Below are positions 23,929 to 36,474 of a DNA stretch of 64,000 nt, piece by piece. The position numbers were made by a program, and so were the translations under genes. This stretch comes from Lingula anatina (taxonomy: Eukaryota; Animalia; Brachiopoda): assembly GCA_051362555.1 (NCBI GenBank), contig CM120643.1, positions 3,100,001-3,164,000 on the forward strand, read 5' to 3'. Position 1 is the stretch's first letter. Each line of letters opens with the position of its first letter. Below the pieces are notes generated by a model. It saw only the letters and a list, made by a program, of their open reading frames with translations, was not told the origin of the DNA and did not search any database.

Positions 23929-24065
23929 TTAAGCCCTAACTCTGCGCCTGTGGGCTTAATTAAAAATAACTCAATATTCTTCGATTAAACCCAGTTGCAG
24001 AATTACCAGACCACTGACTCTCGGACTAGTTAGACCCCTATTCTGAATAGCCATTGATGCCTTAC

Positions 24066-25381
24066 CCCTGCACCCAAAATGCTTCAAGCCAGTGTAGCAC
24101 ACCATACAGTGGTAGTTCTTATACAAGATGTTGGTTGGTGCAACCAGCACTGGGTTCGTGTAAGCCTTGCAAGCATTCTGTAGAGGTGTGTCTTGTTTAG
24201 AGCCAGATCATATGACGCGGCCTTCGACAATGTCATGGTTACATCCCGGGTAATCGCCATCCGTCAGTTCAGGAAAGCAGAAAAGCGCTCTGCTGCTTAG
24301 ATCGGCCACAAAATGTCCATTACAGAAAAATGTATTTTGGCGTATTTTCTCGATAGTGCACTCGAACGACCTACATTCCAAAAGGTCTAAAGGTAATGCA
24401 TGCGTACAACTAACGAGTAGTTCCCACTTCAGACCAAATTCGACCCCGTGACACATTGCGCAGAATTTGTTTTTATAGGCAACTGAAGTCCTTTGATCCG
24501 TCACAGGCTGGTTGACGGCCACATCTCTCTGCGTATTGATATCTGTGTAGGCGGCCGAGCACAGATCCCTAACCACATCGTCTGTCCACACATCTGGGCA
24601 CTGGTCCACCATCCAGTAACGGTTAGTGCCCGTTGAAGGGCCATCGGTTTCCTGGTGGTTGTAATTGATCAACCTCGGTGTGAGGCAGGATACTTTATTC
24701 GCAACTGAATGTGCGGTGTCCGCAAGAGATGGAGACTGGGGTTTCTTCTGAAGAGGGCTGATCGACGCCGGTTTTGCGTTTAAACTGCAAAGGGATACTT
24801 GGTTCACATCCTTTCCAACTTCGGCGTCATTCCTTCTGCTGCTTACATTGAAGTCGCCCCCATTATCCACATCTAAGTTGCTACTTTTGGACGTATTTTG
24901 CTCTGCATCACCTTGAGCAGCGTTGAAGATTGATGCCGAATTTGGTTCCAAAATAGAAGTGGCGTTATCTGTGGCGGAACCTTCTGTAAAGGCGATGGCA
25001 GCGGTAGGGGTAGCTGAGATGTCAATTGCGTCATCAGGGGTAGATGTATTGCCGAGCTGCGTTGTCATTTGCAGCGGGGTAGACCTGTCATCCGTAGAGG
25101 TGTTGCAGCGGTTGGAGACGCCAATACAGCAATCATTGAAGACGTGGCATAAGGCATCACAATAACAGTACACCTTGAAGTGAAAGCCGTGCGAATTACC
25201 ACTGAGGGAGAGAGCACAGTGCCAGCGCAGAGGTGTCATTTCCAGACCGTCATCAGTGCCAAGTGAGAGCAACTCCTCCAAAGACCACTCGGTCACCGTG
25301 TTGTTATGGCTCTCGGATCCCGACGGATCCATCGTACCATGTGGTTGAACAGCAGCGTAGGGATTGGTTGAGTCCTCTTCT
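24066..25381 (-). pseudogene. Main exon of somatomedin-B / Cys-rich adhesion-GPCR-ectodomain-like protein, with in-frame TGA at 24208-24210
   Basis: SMB motif YCYCDALCHVFNDCC, Ser/Thr linker, then YWMVDQCP..C..PVT..YKNKFCAMCHG. After the TGA the same frame continues with a second repeat (CKAYTNPV..YKNYHCMVC) to the donor G|GTAAG at 24065. Confidence 0.75.
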
Positions 25382-25669
25382 CTGTTATCTACTCAGCAGA
25401 GAAGCTGCAGGGAAAATTAGCAAGCGATTTTTATTATTATTATTTACAGCAATATGAATATCCTGTTGCAAAAAAAGGGAATTATTCAAATTTACAGAGC
25501 AAATTATTAAATATAATCAAAAGAGGCAGAGAGGGGGAGTATCATCAGTCTGCAACGTAGAAAGTACTGCGAATAAAACGATGTCTTGCCTTAAATTAAA
25601 ATCTGGAATCTTGCTCGATCTAAAAATTACGACGCAGGGTCTTTGAAAAAAGTATAAAATGCATCTTAC

Positions 25670-25750
25670 CCTTGGGGTTTTCTTGTCTGTATTCCTGCTT
25701 ACTAAGACAGGGTTGTCATATTTAACAAGAGAAGCATTTGGTGGAATCAT
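25670..25750 (-). pseudogene. DNALI1: Isolated first coding exon of axonemal dynein light intermediate chain p28 (MIPPNASLVKYDNPVLVSRNTDKKTPR)
   Basis: The 27-aa peptide matches the conserved N-terminus of DNALI1/p28 and ends at a phase-0 donor AGG|GTAAGA. No further DNALI1 exons were seen in the window. Confidence 0.85.
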
Positions 25751-25808
25751 GATTGTTGAAAATTGCTTGAAATCTGACAAAATAAGCAAGATATTTTCCT
25801 TCCAGCAC

Positions 25809-26022
25809 CTCTCCTCCTGAGTGTCATCTTTGGAATCATTTGCGGGTTTTCCTTCCAGCGCACCCATAGCAAACTCTGCCGGGCTCTGGGAATATGGAAT
25901 GGTTGCCATCTCTGTATTTTTGTCTGTTGGGGTGTCGTTCTCCGGATGGGCGGTATCGTCGAAGCGATCGACTCCCACCGATTTTTCAGAGTTCGTTGGC
26001 GTCATTGCGGTTAATTCTGGGA
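25809..26022 (-). CDS. SMB/Cys-rich protein, acidic/Thr-rich segment upstream of the DNALI1 insert (VPELTAMTPTNSEKS...DDTQEE)
   Basis: Acceptor ATTTCAG at 26023, phase 1 matching the signal-peptide exon; open frame. Confidence 0.6.
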
Positions 26023-28241
26023 CTGAAATATCGAAACGCTACCTTGTTAATTGCTCCACTTTCGACTGTCATTGGGCAGTGTATTTAGTTTCTAACTTGC
26101 GATATAACTATTTACACACAAACAAAAGTGCAAGAACTGTATTAATATTACATGTTAAAATACAGTCGTTCAGGGTTGACTCAAATCAACACATAGTCTC
26201 AAAAGTTATCACTTTGAACTTAAATTAGATTTTGCTTTGTAAGGACGTCTTTAGTTGGCAATAATTTCACTACACAAGAGGAATGTATTGACTTTCTTGG
26301 GCTGGCGACCTTCTTTTCATATCTCCTCACCTGAGAGACTCTGACCCTTAATTTTTACTGAAGTGTACCGTTTTAATTACAGCGCAGATTTATGAGTAAA
26401 ATTTGAGCGCAACGCCCCGATTATACCAGAAACAGTGTACGATGAAGTACGCTGGATACATGCTCTTATCCTGTTAAAAGCTGATCGTTATCCATTGCTA
26501 GATTACTGTGCTCTTTAAGTGATGACCGAGAGACTTCCCTGAGTTTTAAACGTTACCGGGAGCATTTAGAACTTACGTATTTTATATAAAAAATAAAACG
26601 GCAAAAAAATGCATGTGCAGATGATCAATGCATATAGATCGACCAATGATTCGTGAGTGAGAGAAAATTACTTTTTTTCAAAGAAACTTTGGATAAGATA
26701 CCCAGAAGACGTGGCGTTTATTATATTGTTGGTACAGGTGTATCATGTTTCACATGCAATTATATGAACTTGCAATGGAGTGCACTAATATAATATAGAT
26801 AGACAACGAGTGCCATTTCATTTTTGTACAGGGGTCTTCACATGCAATTATCCTAAAAACAACAAATTAAATCCCATTTCTTGAATCGTAGTAATGTTGT
26901 TTCAGAAAATAATTCAAGGTGCACTTGATATATGTTTTAATTATTATTTTGGCTACCGATATTTTGAAGAAAGTTTGAGTTTTAAAGGATAAAAGACAAA
27001 TTTCATAAAAGTTATTAACCGAAACAGGTGGCAATCTGAAGTCTTTAAAGTAAAAACTTACTAATGTTACATCATTCTAATGAATTTTCAAGTAGAAATA
27101 TGAAAGATCAAGAAAAATGCTTTGAATATGTTATTTTGTCCTGTCCCAGTATTCAATACGTATACGTTTATTGGAAGTCCATTATAATGACAATTTATTG
27201 TACATTTTTTAAAAAAGGTCGTCTGCACGTAGCTTGAAATATAACAATAATAAGTTTATTAAAAAATTTAAAACAAAAGGTTAAAGATGTGCAGATAAAT
27301 GAGTTCAAAATAAAAATTATAAAATTTAATATTTACATAAAATAAGGGATTTTCATTATGATCAAATTAAGTTCGAAATAAAACACAGGTCTCTACGGTT
27401 AATTAACGAAAACGAGATAAAAGTGCATCGGAAACGTTCAGTCTTAAATTTAGGTACATTGAAGTTGGATTATGTCTTAGCTTTCGGTATGACCTACAGG
27501 TTAAGAGCTAATTTAGCTTATCATTTTGCTTTATAAAAATGAAAGGTTTGTGTACAAAATGTTTGCAAAGAAATAAAGGAGGACCAATATGCAAAGGTAA
27601 TCTCATTTTTGACATGTATTTATGTAAATGGAAGTTTTCTGTTCTATATTTTCTATATTCATACCTAACATCGATTTTGCACGAATGAGATTAAAAAATA
27701 TCGCTGGCATGTTATTCCGCATTTGTGCATGTCAAGTTCAAAGTACGAATGATTTTTTATATATTACAGTTGAAACTATAGAAAGAAGCAAACAATAAAA
27801 ACATAGCTCGGTGTAATTTATTTTTCAAATCTCCTTTCTCTTTCTATTATTGTACATTGTTTAAACTAAATCAAGTTCGTATAACACACCTTTTCAGAAT
27901 ATGGCCCATTCAGCAACTCGTACACCACATGTACAGTTAACGTCTGTTACTTCATTTTGTATATTGATTAATTGATTGATTTATTTATTTATTATTATAA
28001 TTATGCTTACTTATCGATTGGGAAAAACGCAAATTTTTACATAGAAGCAATCGTCAAAACAACAAACAAAATAAAAGACACAAGAACCGCTGAAAGCGTA
28101 CATGTCATAAGAGGTGTGTGGGATGCCGAAAACTGCAAAGATCGTGGAGAAAACTGTAAACAACCAATCGCATGTGGACATAACGTGAGCCTTTGCCAGA
28201 CAACAATTTTATCCAATTGGTCCATTCAACTATGGGGACTA

Positions 28242-28509
28242 AAGGGGCGGATCCAAGATTATCTGAAGAGGGGTGCGCAGACGCTAAGCCGATCCTCCCC
28301 CCTCCTTTGGCATGGGGTGAAAGGCCCTGAAAACTTTTGGTATTTTAGAGGATGAGCGGTGCCATTTGGTACATTTAGATCTATGATTCAACTAGTCTAA
28401 ACACCTACTTACTTCAAGAGGGGACCATTGGTGTGATTTTTTTTCCAGAAATCGAAAGGGGGGGTCACCCCCCCCCCCCCCCCCCGACAACCCCCGAAAT
28501 CCGCCACTG
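28242..28509. mobile_element. MITE (AGGGGCGGATCC .. ATCCGCCACTG termini)
   Basis: Short imperfect TIRs and G/C homopolymer arms. Confidence 0.55.
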
Positions 28510-28944
28510 TACTATGGTTCATAGTCTTACTGGGATCCTCTCCAGCGCCGTCCGTACGAGTCGGACAATACTACAAACAGTTAATATACCTTGAAATTCT
28601 TGAAGTTGTTGGATCGTACATGATAATAAACACTATAAAAATGTAAAACAACAAGTAAAATATAAATAACTGCATAAAAAAAGCTGTATATGGTATGTAA
28701 AGTAATTCGGGTAGTTAAGGCCACGACAGGGCATTCATGTTCAACTAGTGATGTTAAACTCGTTGTGAAATAAAGGAAAGAGCCGTATACCCACAGCATT
28801 TATTATTTTCATATTAACTTCATATCTCCACATTATTATTTATAAGTTATTTGATAAATTTTATAATTAATTGGTTGGATAATTGAAACTATATAATTAA
28901 TTTTAACTTCGTTATCACCACCCCTTTTACAGAGGCAAATTCTC

Positions 28945-31143
28945 TATTACACAAAGACAGGGAATTGTAAATATTCCTTCCTAAACCAAACAAACCACGA
29001 GAATATCTAAAAAACTGGAGACCAATCCCGCTACTAAATGTAACCTATAAGATCATCTCCAGTTGTATAGCAAATAAAATAAAAACGATCCTCTCAGAAA
29101 TATTGCATGAGAACCAAAAAGGATTTTTGTCAGGTAGATTTATCGGGGAGAATACAAGAATAACGTACGACATAATTGAGGCCTGTAAAAAACTGGAGAC
29201 CAATCCCGCTACTAAATGTAACCTATAAGATCATCTCCAGTTGTATAGCAAATAAAATAAAAACGATCCTCTCAGAAATATTGCATGAGAACCAAAAAGG
29301 ATTTTTGTCAGGTAGATTTATCGGGGAGAATACAAGAATAACGTACGACATAATTGAGGCCTGTAAAAATTATAATGTACCTGGAATGATTCTTCTCATT
29401 GATTTTGAAAAGGCATTTGACTCGATTTCATGGAGGTTTATTTATCAATTTCTAAAGTACTTCAATTTTGGCCATGATCTCATACGATGGGTAAAAACAA
29501 TGAACCAAAATGTTAACCTTTAAATAATTGCGTTATTCAGAACGGCATTTTTTTACCTTCTTTAAGATAGGGCGCGGATGCAGGCAAGGAGACCCCATCT
29601 CACCATATTTATTCAATCTATGTGCAGAAATTATGGCCATTTAGTTAAGAAATAGTACTAACATTAATGGAATTCGTATCAAAGATGCAGATGACACAGT
29701 GATATATCTTGATGGCACAAAAAAGCTTGAAAAGCACTCCCTATCTATTAGAACAGTATTTCAAATTTTCAGGCTTAAAACCTAACATAGAAAAAACAAA
29801 AGCAATTTGGGTCGGATCCAAACGTGGTTCAGATAAGGTTCTTTGCCCCGAATATAATCTGCAGTGGACAAATAGCAATTTTGTGACTTTAGGTATAACA
29901 CTTAATGCAAATTTGGAAAATATTGAAGACTTAAATTATTCGGATAGACTATTGGAAGTTGAAAGGAAATAACGTGTTGGAATAGGAGAAATTCAACTCC
30001 TTTTGGAAACTAATGACCAGAAATGAAACAGAATGGGTAAGACTTATGATAGATACACAAAATATTAATATAAATGGACTTATTGATCGGGGAGACTTAT
30101 ACTTGGTTAGGTGGAATAGTTCAGAGGTGATGGTGGATAATAATGATATTTATTTCAAGTCTTGGAATGACAGGGGTGTAAATATAGTAAATGACCTGTT
30201 TGAAAATAGTGGAAAACTGCATTCTTTTGAAACATTTAGTTCCCAGTATGACATGAAATGTCCGTTTACATTATTTCTCTGAGTTAAGACTGTAATTACA
30301 CAACGGTGGCCACAGCTAAGGGCAGAAAACGTCAAATTGGCGCTACCCTACAGACCTAAATTTACAAAAAAAAAAATCTGTAAAGAACCTAAGGGATCGC
30401 GGTCAATATATGATATATTGATTAATAATGCGTATTGTAAACCGGCCTCTGAGGCTAAATGGGAGATGAAAATAGATATTGATGAAAATTTAGACTGGAC
30501 CTTGATAAATAAAAATATTTTCTACTTTACGATAGATACGATTTTAAGATGGTTTCAATATAGAATAGTACATAGAATTATTGCAACAAATGAATTTCTA
30601 AAAGAAATTAAGGTTAAAAATAGCTCATTGTGTTCTTTCTGTGAAAAGGAAAATGAAAGCACTGAACATTTGTTCTTTTATTGTGATTTGGTTCAACCGA
30701 TATGGGAAGATTTTAAAAATCTGATAAATGAAAAATAACTCTTGAATATTAATTTTTCTTTAGCAGATATATTGTTTTTGAAAAACGATACAAAATATGA
30801 AGCCATTAATATACTCATAGAGAGTCATACTGGTAACGAAGCATTATATATATATGGAAAAAGAATGAATGAAAAAAATTAGATTTTCAATGTCTACAAA
30901 ATAAACTAAAAAATTATTTCGAAATGGAAAAATACATGTATATAAGTAATGGACAAAATGTAGAATATACTGAACGATGGAATTTGTTAGGTAATGTGTT
31001 TCAGTGACCTCATTGTGTTTATTTCCCACTGTATATATGTTAATATATGTTTACGAAATGCTATATGATGATTGATATTACTGACATTATTGACAATATT
31101 TTGTATGATTCCTTTAAATGTCTATTAAAAAAGTTAGAAAAAG
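28945..31143 (+). mobile_element. 5'-truncated, frameshifted L1/Tx1-clade non-LTR retrotransposon (RT + zf-RVT)
   Basis: [56 protein letters not shown], degenerate DADDT, C-terminal CSFC..ESTEHLFFYC, A-rich tail; multiple frameshifts. Confidence 0.9.
29008..29369 (+). repeat. Perfect 178-bp tandem duplication inside the L1/Tx1 RT
   Basis: Copies start at 29008 and 29186; TAAAAA microhomology at the junction. Confidence 0.9.
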
Positions 31144-31383
31144 CAGACAAATAAATAAACAAATAAACAAACAAACAGACAATGGGAGGTAAATACATGA
31201 CTTTGAGGTCCTTCGAGGAGGTAATGAAAAAAACCTTACAGTTTACCTGGCTATATAAACAGTGACGGTAATATAAAGTTAACTAAAGATAATGAAGACT
31301 GTAGCGCAATAAAATGAAACATGTAAAAACATGCAAATATTTTTTGCAAGTTTTTACACATGCACTTCTTAACAGTGACCAAC

Positions 31384-31462
31384 CTGTAGCTGTCCGGCCA
31401 CCAATGACCAGCATTGCAGTCAGAACCGCATGGAACCACCAGCCGACGCCAAACTTGGTCAT
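31384..31462 (-). CDS. Signal-peptide exon of the SMB/Cys-rich gene (MTKFGVGWWFHAVLTAMLVIGGRTAT)
   Basis: ATG at 31462, hydrophobic core with small residues at the end, donor CAG|GTTGGT (phase 1) in register with the exon at 26022. A probable non-coding exon upstream has donor AAG|GTAAGT at 31607. Confidence 0.6.
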
Positions 31463-31646
31463 TTCAGTCCTTCACAAACTGACAATGGCTATTACCGTTG
31501 AGGGGTAGATTTTCCTCTAACATAACTGTAAGCTGCTGCTTTTTATAGAGATTTGAGAGAATGCTTCAAATGTCATTTACGTGTCGCCAGAAACTAACCC
31601 TACTTACCTTGCAGGTCTCTGCAGGTTGTTCTAACGACCTGTCGCG

Positions 31647-31660
31647 GTAACCATGGAAAT
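31647..31660. promoter_or_regulatory. X-box (RFX)-like motif GTAACCATGGAAAT
   Basis: One mismatch to the GTHNYY-AT-RRNAAC consensus, near the presumed 5' end of the SMB gene. Confidence 0.3.
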
Positions 31661-32222
31661 AACATCCATGCGGTGTTTGCTTTCTTTGAACAAAGATACT
31701 CTGCCCCTGTCCCGTAGGATAATTATCGTGTCTTACTTTCTGCTAACAAAAGAAGCGGCCCCTAGCTTGCTTAGATAAAGATTGTCCAAGTGTAAATAAA
31801 TTGTAAATTGTATACATAATACGTACAAATAAGAGCAGAAAGCTTCAGGAAGCCATATGGAATGTGTTCAGTAAAGCTTTGTCTTTCCTTTTTTTCCTTA
31901 ATGAATAGAAATTTATTAGTTATTTGGTTACATTTTTCAGTAATCTTAAGATGAGCACATAATGCTCCAATCTCCATATGTGTATTGTTATAATTCTAAT
32001 AAACCAATAAATGTGTTTAAAAAAAGGAAGCTATACATGGATCCAATCTGGCATTGGCTCTTCAGCAAATTCCAATACAAAACCATTGGGAATTGAATTC
32101 CAATTCACTGTACTATCTCTCTCATTACTATTTTGAAAATCGTGTAAAGTTAAAATAAAATGTACTTGATCCTTTATCCAAGTTTTAAACGTATCTAAAT
32201 CATACAGTTATTGTACTGTAGT

Positions 32223-32567
32223 TTAAAGGCATAATAACTCTTTGTATGAGACCTATATTTCACAATAAAAACCTTGTGAATAACTAATAGAAATATAATA
32301 TATTCTGTTTTACCACAAAAACAGCAGTTATAGCTTTTATTCTGATATTTGAACTTGTCCTTAGACCACGCGACCTCCATTGATGTCTATACGTTGTTAA
32401 AATCTCTTAAGAGATTTTAACAAAAAACCAAACTTTTTAGAAAAAAACCAGGGACTAACTTTGAATGTAAAAATGGATTCATTAACCATTGGTAAGTATG
32501 GGAAAATTGTTGTTTACTCCAGGAAAATTCATTTTTTGGCCGAAACGAAGAGTTATTATTGCTTTAA
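32223..32567 (+). mobile_element. TTAA-bounded MITE (Kolobok-type)
   Basis: Homologous to 8614-8913; TTAAAGGCATAATAACTC ... GAGTTATTATTGCTTTAA. Confidence 0.7.
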
Positions 32568-33472
32568 TTGTACGTATTAAAGTCCTCTGTCATATACTTA
32601 CATACATATATTTGAATTAACCTAGTATATATATTTTGTTTGTTTTATTTTTATATTTTCTGATTTATTATTATTATTTATTTTTTGTTTTTGGCAAGTA
32701 TATATTTTGTAACGGTACATGGGATAAGGTCGTACAACATAACATCGAAAGGTTTCTTCTTATCAAATAAACCATCATATTAAAATGGTTACTATTACAT
32801 ATTTTTCAGCAAATGACGTCAGTAATTGCAAAAAAAAACCTTCTTAAGTCCGTGCTTTGTTGCACGAGGAAACTGTCCTTCTGGTTCAACTTGCAGGTAG
32901 GCATAAAAAACATTCTAGGTAAACAAATAGATAAAATAAAAGACTATCCAGTCTCTGTACATTATCATTACCTGTAATTTACCCATCTCACAAACAGAAG
33001 ACAAAAAAAATAGTCTGTTGAAATGTCTTTTCTGCAGTATCAAACCATAGCATGTGCGTGACTTAAGTCCTCATTAAGCAAATATACGCGGGGTTATTCG
33101 AGAGCAATTAGTTACAGTGACGTGTACCTCCTTACCATTTTTATAACCTTCTTATTAGTCTAATTTCAACTGAAATGCAAATGTTGTTATCTACATTTAC
33201 ACTTTAGGGCTGTTTTAGAAGAGATACATGTTAAGATTAATATATATCTGTTATCAGAAAATATAAACAACCCGACACAGAGAACACGTGTGACTTCTTT
33301 TACTGAAGTAGGGATTTAAGTATAAAGACATTATAGAATTTGTAAGAAGACAAAAATGTTTTGAAATACGATTTTTCATATTCAGTATCGTTATAGCAAA
33401 AAAAATCTTTGTGCACTTTCACATGAGAAGAGTTGCTTTGATTCAGAACTTGCAGACATATGCAATTGACAA

Positions 33473-33508
<36 letters not shown>

Positions 33509-34922
33509 GCATGTAAATGGGAATATATATTGTTTACATGTTCCCTGTGAGCTACAGGTATTCTATCAGCAGTAACATCTGAAATAAAATACTGATGATA
33601 CACTGTTGTACAAAAACTCTGAGAAGTCTTGAACATAAATTCTGATACATGTACACTAGTAATCAAATTGTCTTCGCGACGGCCAAGTGAAGAGAATTGA
33701 TCCAGATGTATTTACAAGTACTTGCAACATAAAAGTGTGCAATAATGACATATTTGGTAAATTAATGTAATAAAAACTATCAATTATTACTTAAACACAA
33801 ATTAGCATTCCTTTAATACACGGACATTCAAGTGAAGGCGACTTCAACTTGTCATACATATATAATGCAGTTTAGTCCTTCCTATTCTTGCTGTCATACA
33901 TGGTTGTCATATAATATCGTTTTCATGTCTTTCTTCAGAGATGGTTCTGGCTTTGGCGACAACAAGTGTTACTATGCTAATGGGCCAGTTGGAAACTTTA
34001 GTCGAGTATGGGGTCTCCCAGCCTTATCGAGATTAATGGGTTTATTAATTGCTTCAAAGAAATGCTTGAATTGAAAGACTAATTATATACATGTAAATAT
34101 GACAGTCTGATCACAGAACGGAATGTTCAAGTAAGTCCTCACCAGAAACTCGATGTCAGTGTCATTGTACGGGACATTGAACTTTACACATTGCCTGTCG
34201 GTTGGTGCAAATAAACGTCAATGCAATTACTTAATCAATATCAAAAGACGATGTTTTAGTTTAAGGAGAGTTGGAGAGCAAAGTTACATCATATTCTGTT
34301 AAAACATTTTTAAGTCCTTCACACTGAAAAAAAATGTAAGGATTATGCAGATCAAACTGATCAGAAAAACAAAGTACCAAAGTACTGGCTTTATAGCCTT
34401 AACGTGAGATGTAAGCATAATGCATCTCTCTGGCCAGTAGGGTGCACTAGTAGTCTGTCACAAAAGGCTCACACTGTAATTTTATATGCTATTTTAGGAG
34501 CCCGTAATATCAGAGGGTGCAAGTGTATAATCCTCAAACATCAGCGTAATTTGCTGACAGCCGCAATTCTGTTCCAGCTAAGATAACAGTAACTGAATTG
34601 TCAGTTGGGGTTTAAAAGCAGTATGCCATATTTTCTAATGACTATAGTTTTTTGTATAGACAATTACATGCATGTGCATGTAGCCTACTAGGTGTAGCTT
34701 CTCTCTCTCTCTCTCTCTCTCTCTCAAAACGAGACGATCAGGAAGAGCACATCAACAGGAGAGATATCAATATCATGAAATACAAGCAAATTTGTTATAA
34801 GCGAAGTAAACGTTGGGGCATCTTATGATAAGCAATGCATTGAACTGTAATAACCAGAGCATGGTAAATACCATAATAACCAGAGTTTTGTCATTACTTC
34901 TCTAATTGTTTTCAAAACCCTT

Positions 34923-35123
34923 GGACTGGGTTCCCATACCTAGATCGATCTAACAGGATTTATCCATCTCCAAGGGGTTTCTCGCTAAAATGCTTTCAGT
35001 TTAAGCTTAAGTTCTGGATTCAGTAGGCGTAACTCAGCCGCTTAAGTTGATTGCAATCTAGCGAGAATCCCCTTGGGGATAGATCGATCCACAGTTATTA
35101 CGATAGAGTCTGGGAATGGTCCC
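34923..35123. mobile_element. Palindromic Harbinger-like MITE
   Basis: Same family as 1420-1633. Confidence 0.6.
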
Positions 35124-36433
35124 TTGGTCTTTGGTTTGACCGAAGTCAACTTTGTTGATTTAATAGAGAAAACGCTAGTTTTGGTTTCACTCACAGCCGA
35201 GCCTTGACGCAATGCAATAACTGTGCAATAAAAACGAGTTACCTGCTGACTAGTCTAGTGCACTCATTTCTAAACCGACAGAAAATTGCATAACGCTGTC
35301 CCATTATAGCTCTCATGCCGACTTAATGTTTATCCCTCAAAGAGATTTTAACATAGACGTAATGACAGACTTCCTCTTTGCAAAGAGATAGATCTCTGTC
35401 TTTTTTTTCTCTCTCTCTCTTTGGCGAACCGATTGAAGTAAACAATATCAAGCGAGAGGCCTCGGAGATGCTGACCTTTGGCGTGATGCGAAGACTGACT
35501 CGTGGGATATTATCACAAAGGTAAAAAAAGGAAATAACTAGCGTGAGGCTTATTTCTATCAATTAGTGATCATACAGCAGAATCTTATTTCGTTTGCAGG
35601 GCAAATGTAGTTACACAGATTCTATCGATTCTGAAAATGTTAAATTATTTTTCTCTGACAGATTAAGGATTTTACTATTGAGGATTTTGAGGGATGGGGA
35701 GGGGGGGGGAAGCGGCGAAGAAACTTTATTTTGTCTCGTTCATTTTGGTCTCATATGTCAGGTTTGGGAATGCCTAAAGATAGGACATTTTCACTTTTTT
35801 AATCCACCTATCCAGTATCAAATGGCAGAATTAATTTAATCAGAAACCTTTGTACATGTATCTCCCTATGAAACCGATTAAGTCAATAGCTACTGAAACA
35901 GCAAACATGTAAATGCCAGCTTTGTTGTACAAGTCGGTACTTTTTTCTTGATGAATTTAAAAACAAAAATAAATACCAATTTCAATTTGAATCTTGATCT
36001 TATTTAAATTTTAATATAAATATTAAAACAATAATTGTACACAAATAAGATCAGGCATTCCGACATTTAATTACTAAGCCAGATAAAACTGCAATGATTT
36101 TTCAGTCTTCGGGTAGGAATTTTAGTTTGCTCTCAACGCTCCGCCAACGAGGTAGAACAAATACATCCCTAGTGAAAAAGAAACCCCGACAGCACGTATA
36201 GATGCCTGGCACGGTTAGGTTCAGAAGTGTCATTAAGGATTGCCAGACGAGACCTGACCTTAACAGTGACTTCTACTCTCTGTAGTACTACATATAGCGA
36301 GATAAAATGACGTTAAGAGTTATCTAAATACGCTGTGGTTTGCTTTACGTGACTCGTAGCGGTGCTGCGGACCACCGTAAATACCATTGTGGCTGTTGCT
36401 ACTTCGTTATACTCCCGTTTTTCTTAAAAAACG

Positions 36434-36474
<41 letters not shown>

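Noticed and set aside
1-25400. Remaining DNALI1 exons (ARALKV.., EILNSILPPREW..) on the minus strand
   Set aside because: Not found by eye; a translated search is needed to exclude them formally.
25517-26005. 162-aa ORF as an N-terminally extended DNALI1
   Set aside because: Only 27 residues match DNALI1. The upstream part fits the SMB gene and the downstream part is intron read-through.
36222-36275. Short imperfect hairpin as a pre-miRNA
   Set aside because: Pairing is weak and bulged, and it matches no conserved miRNA I recognise.
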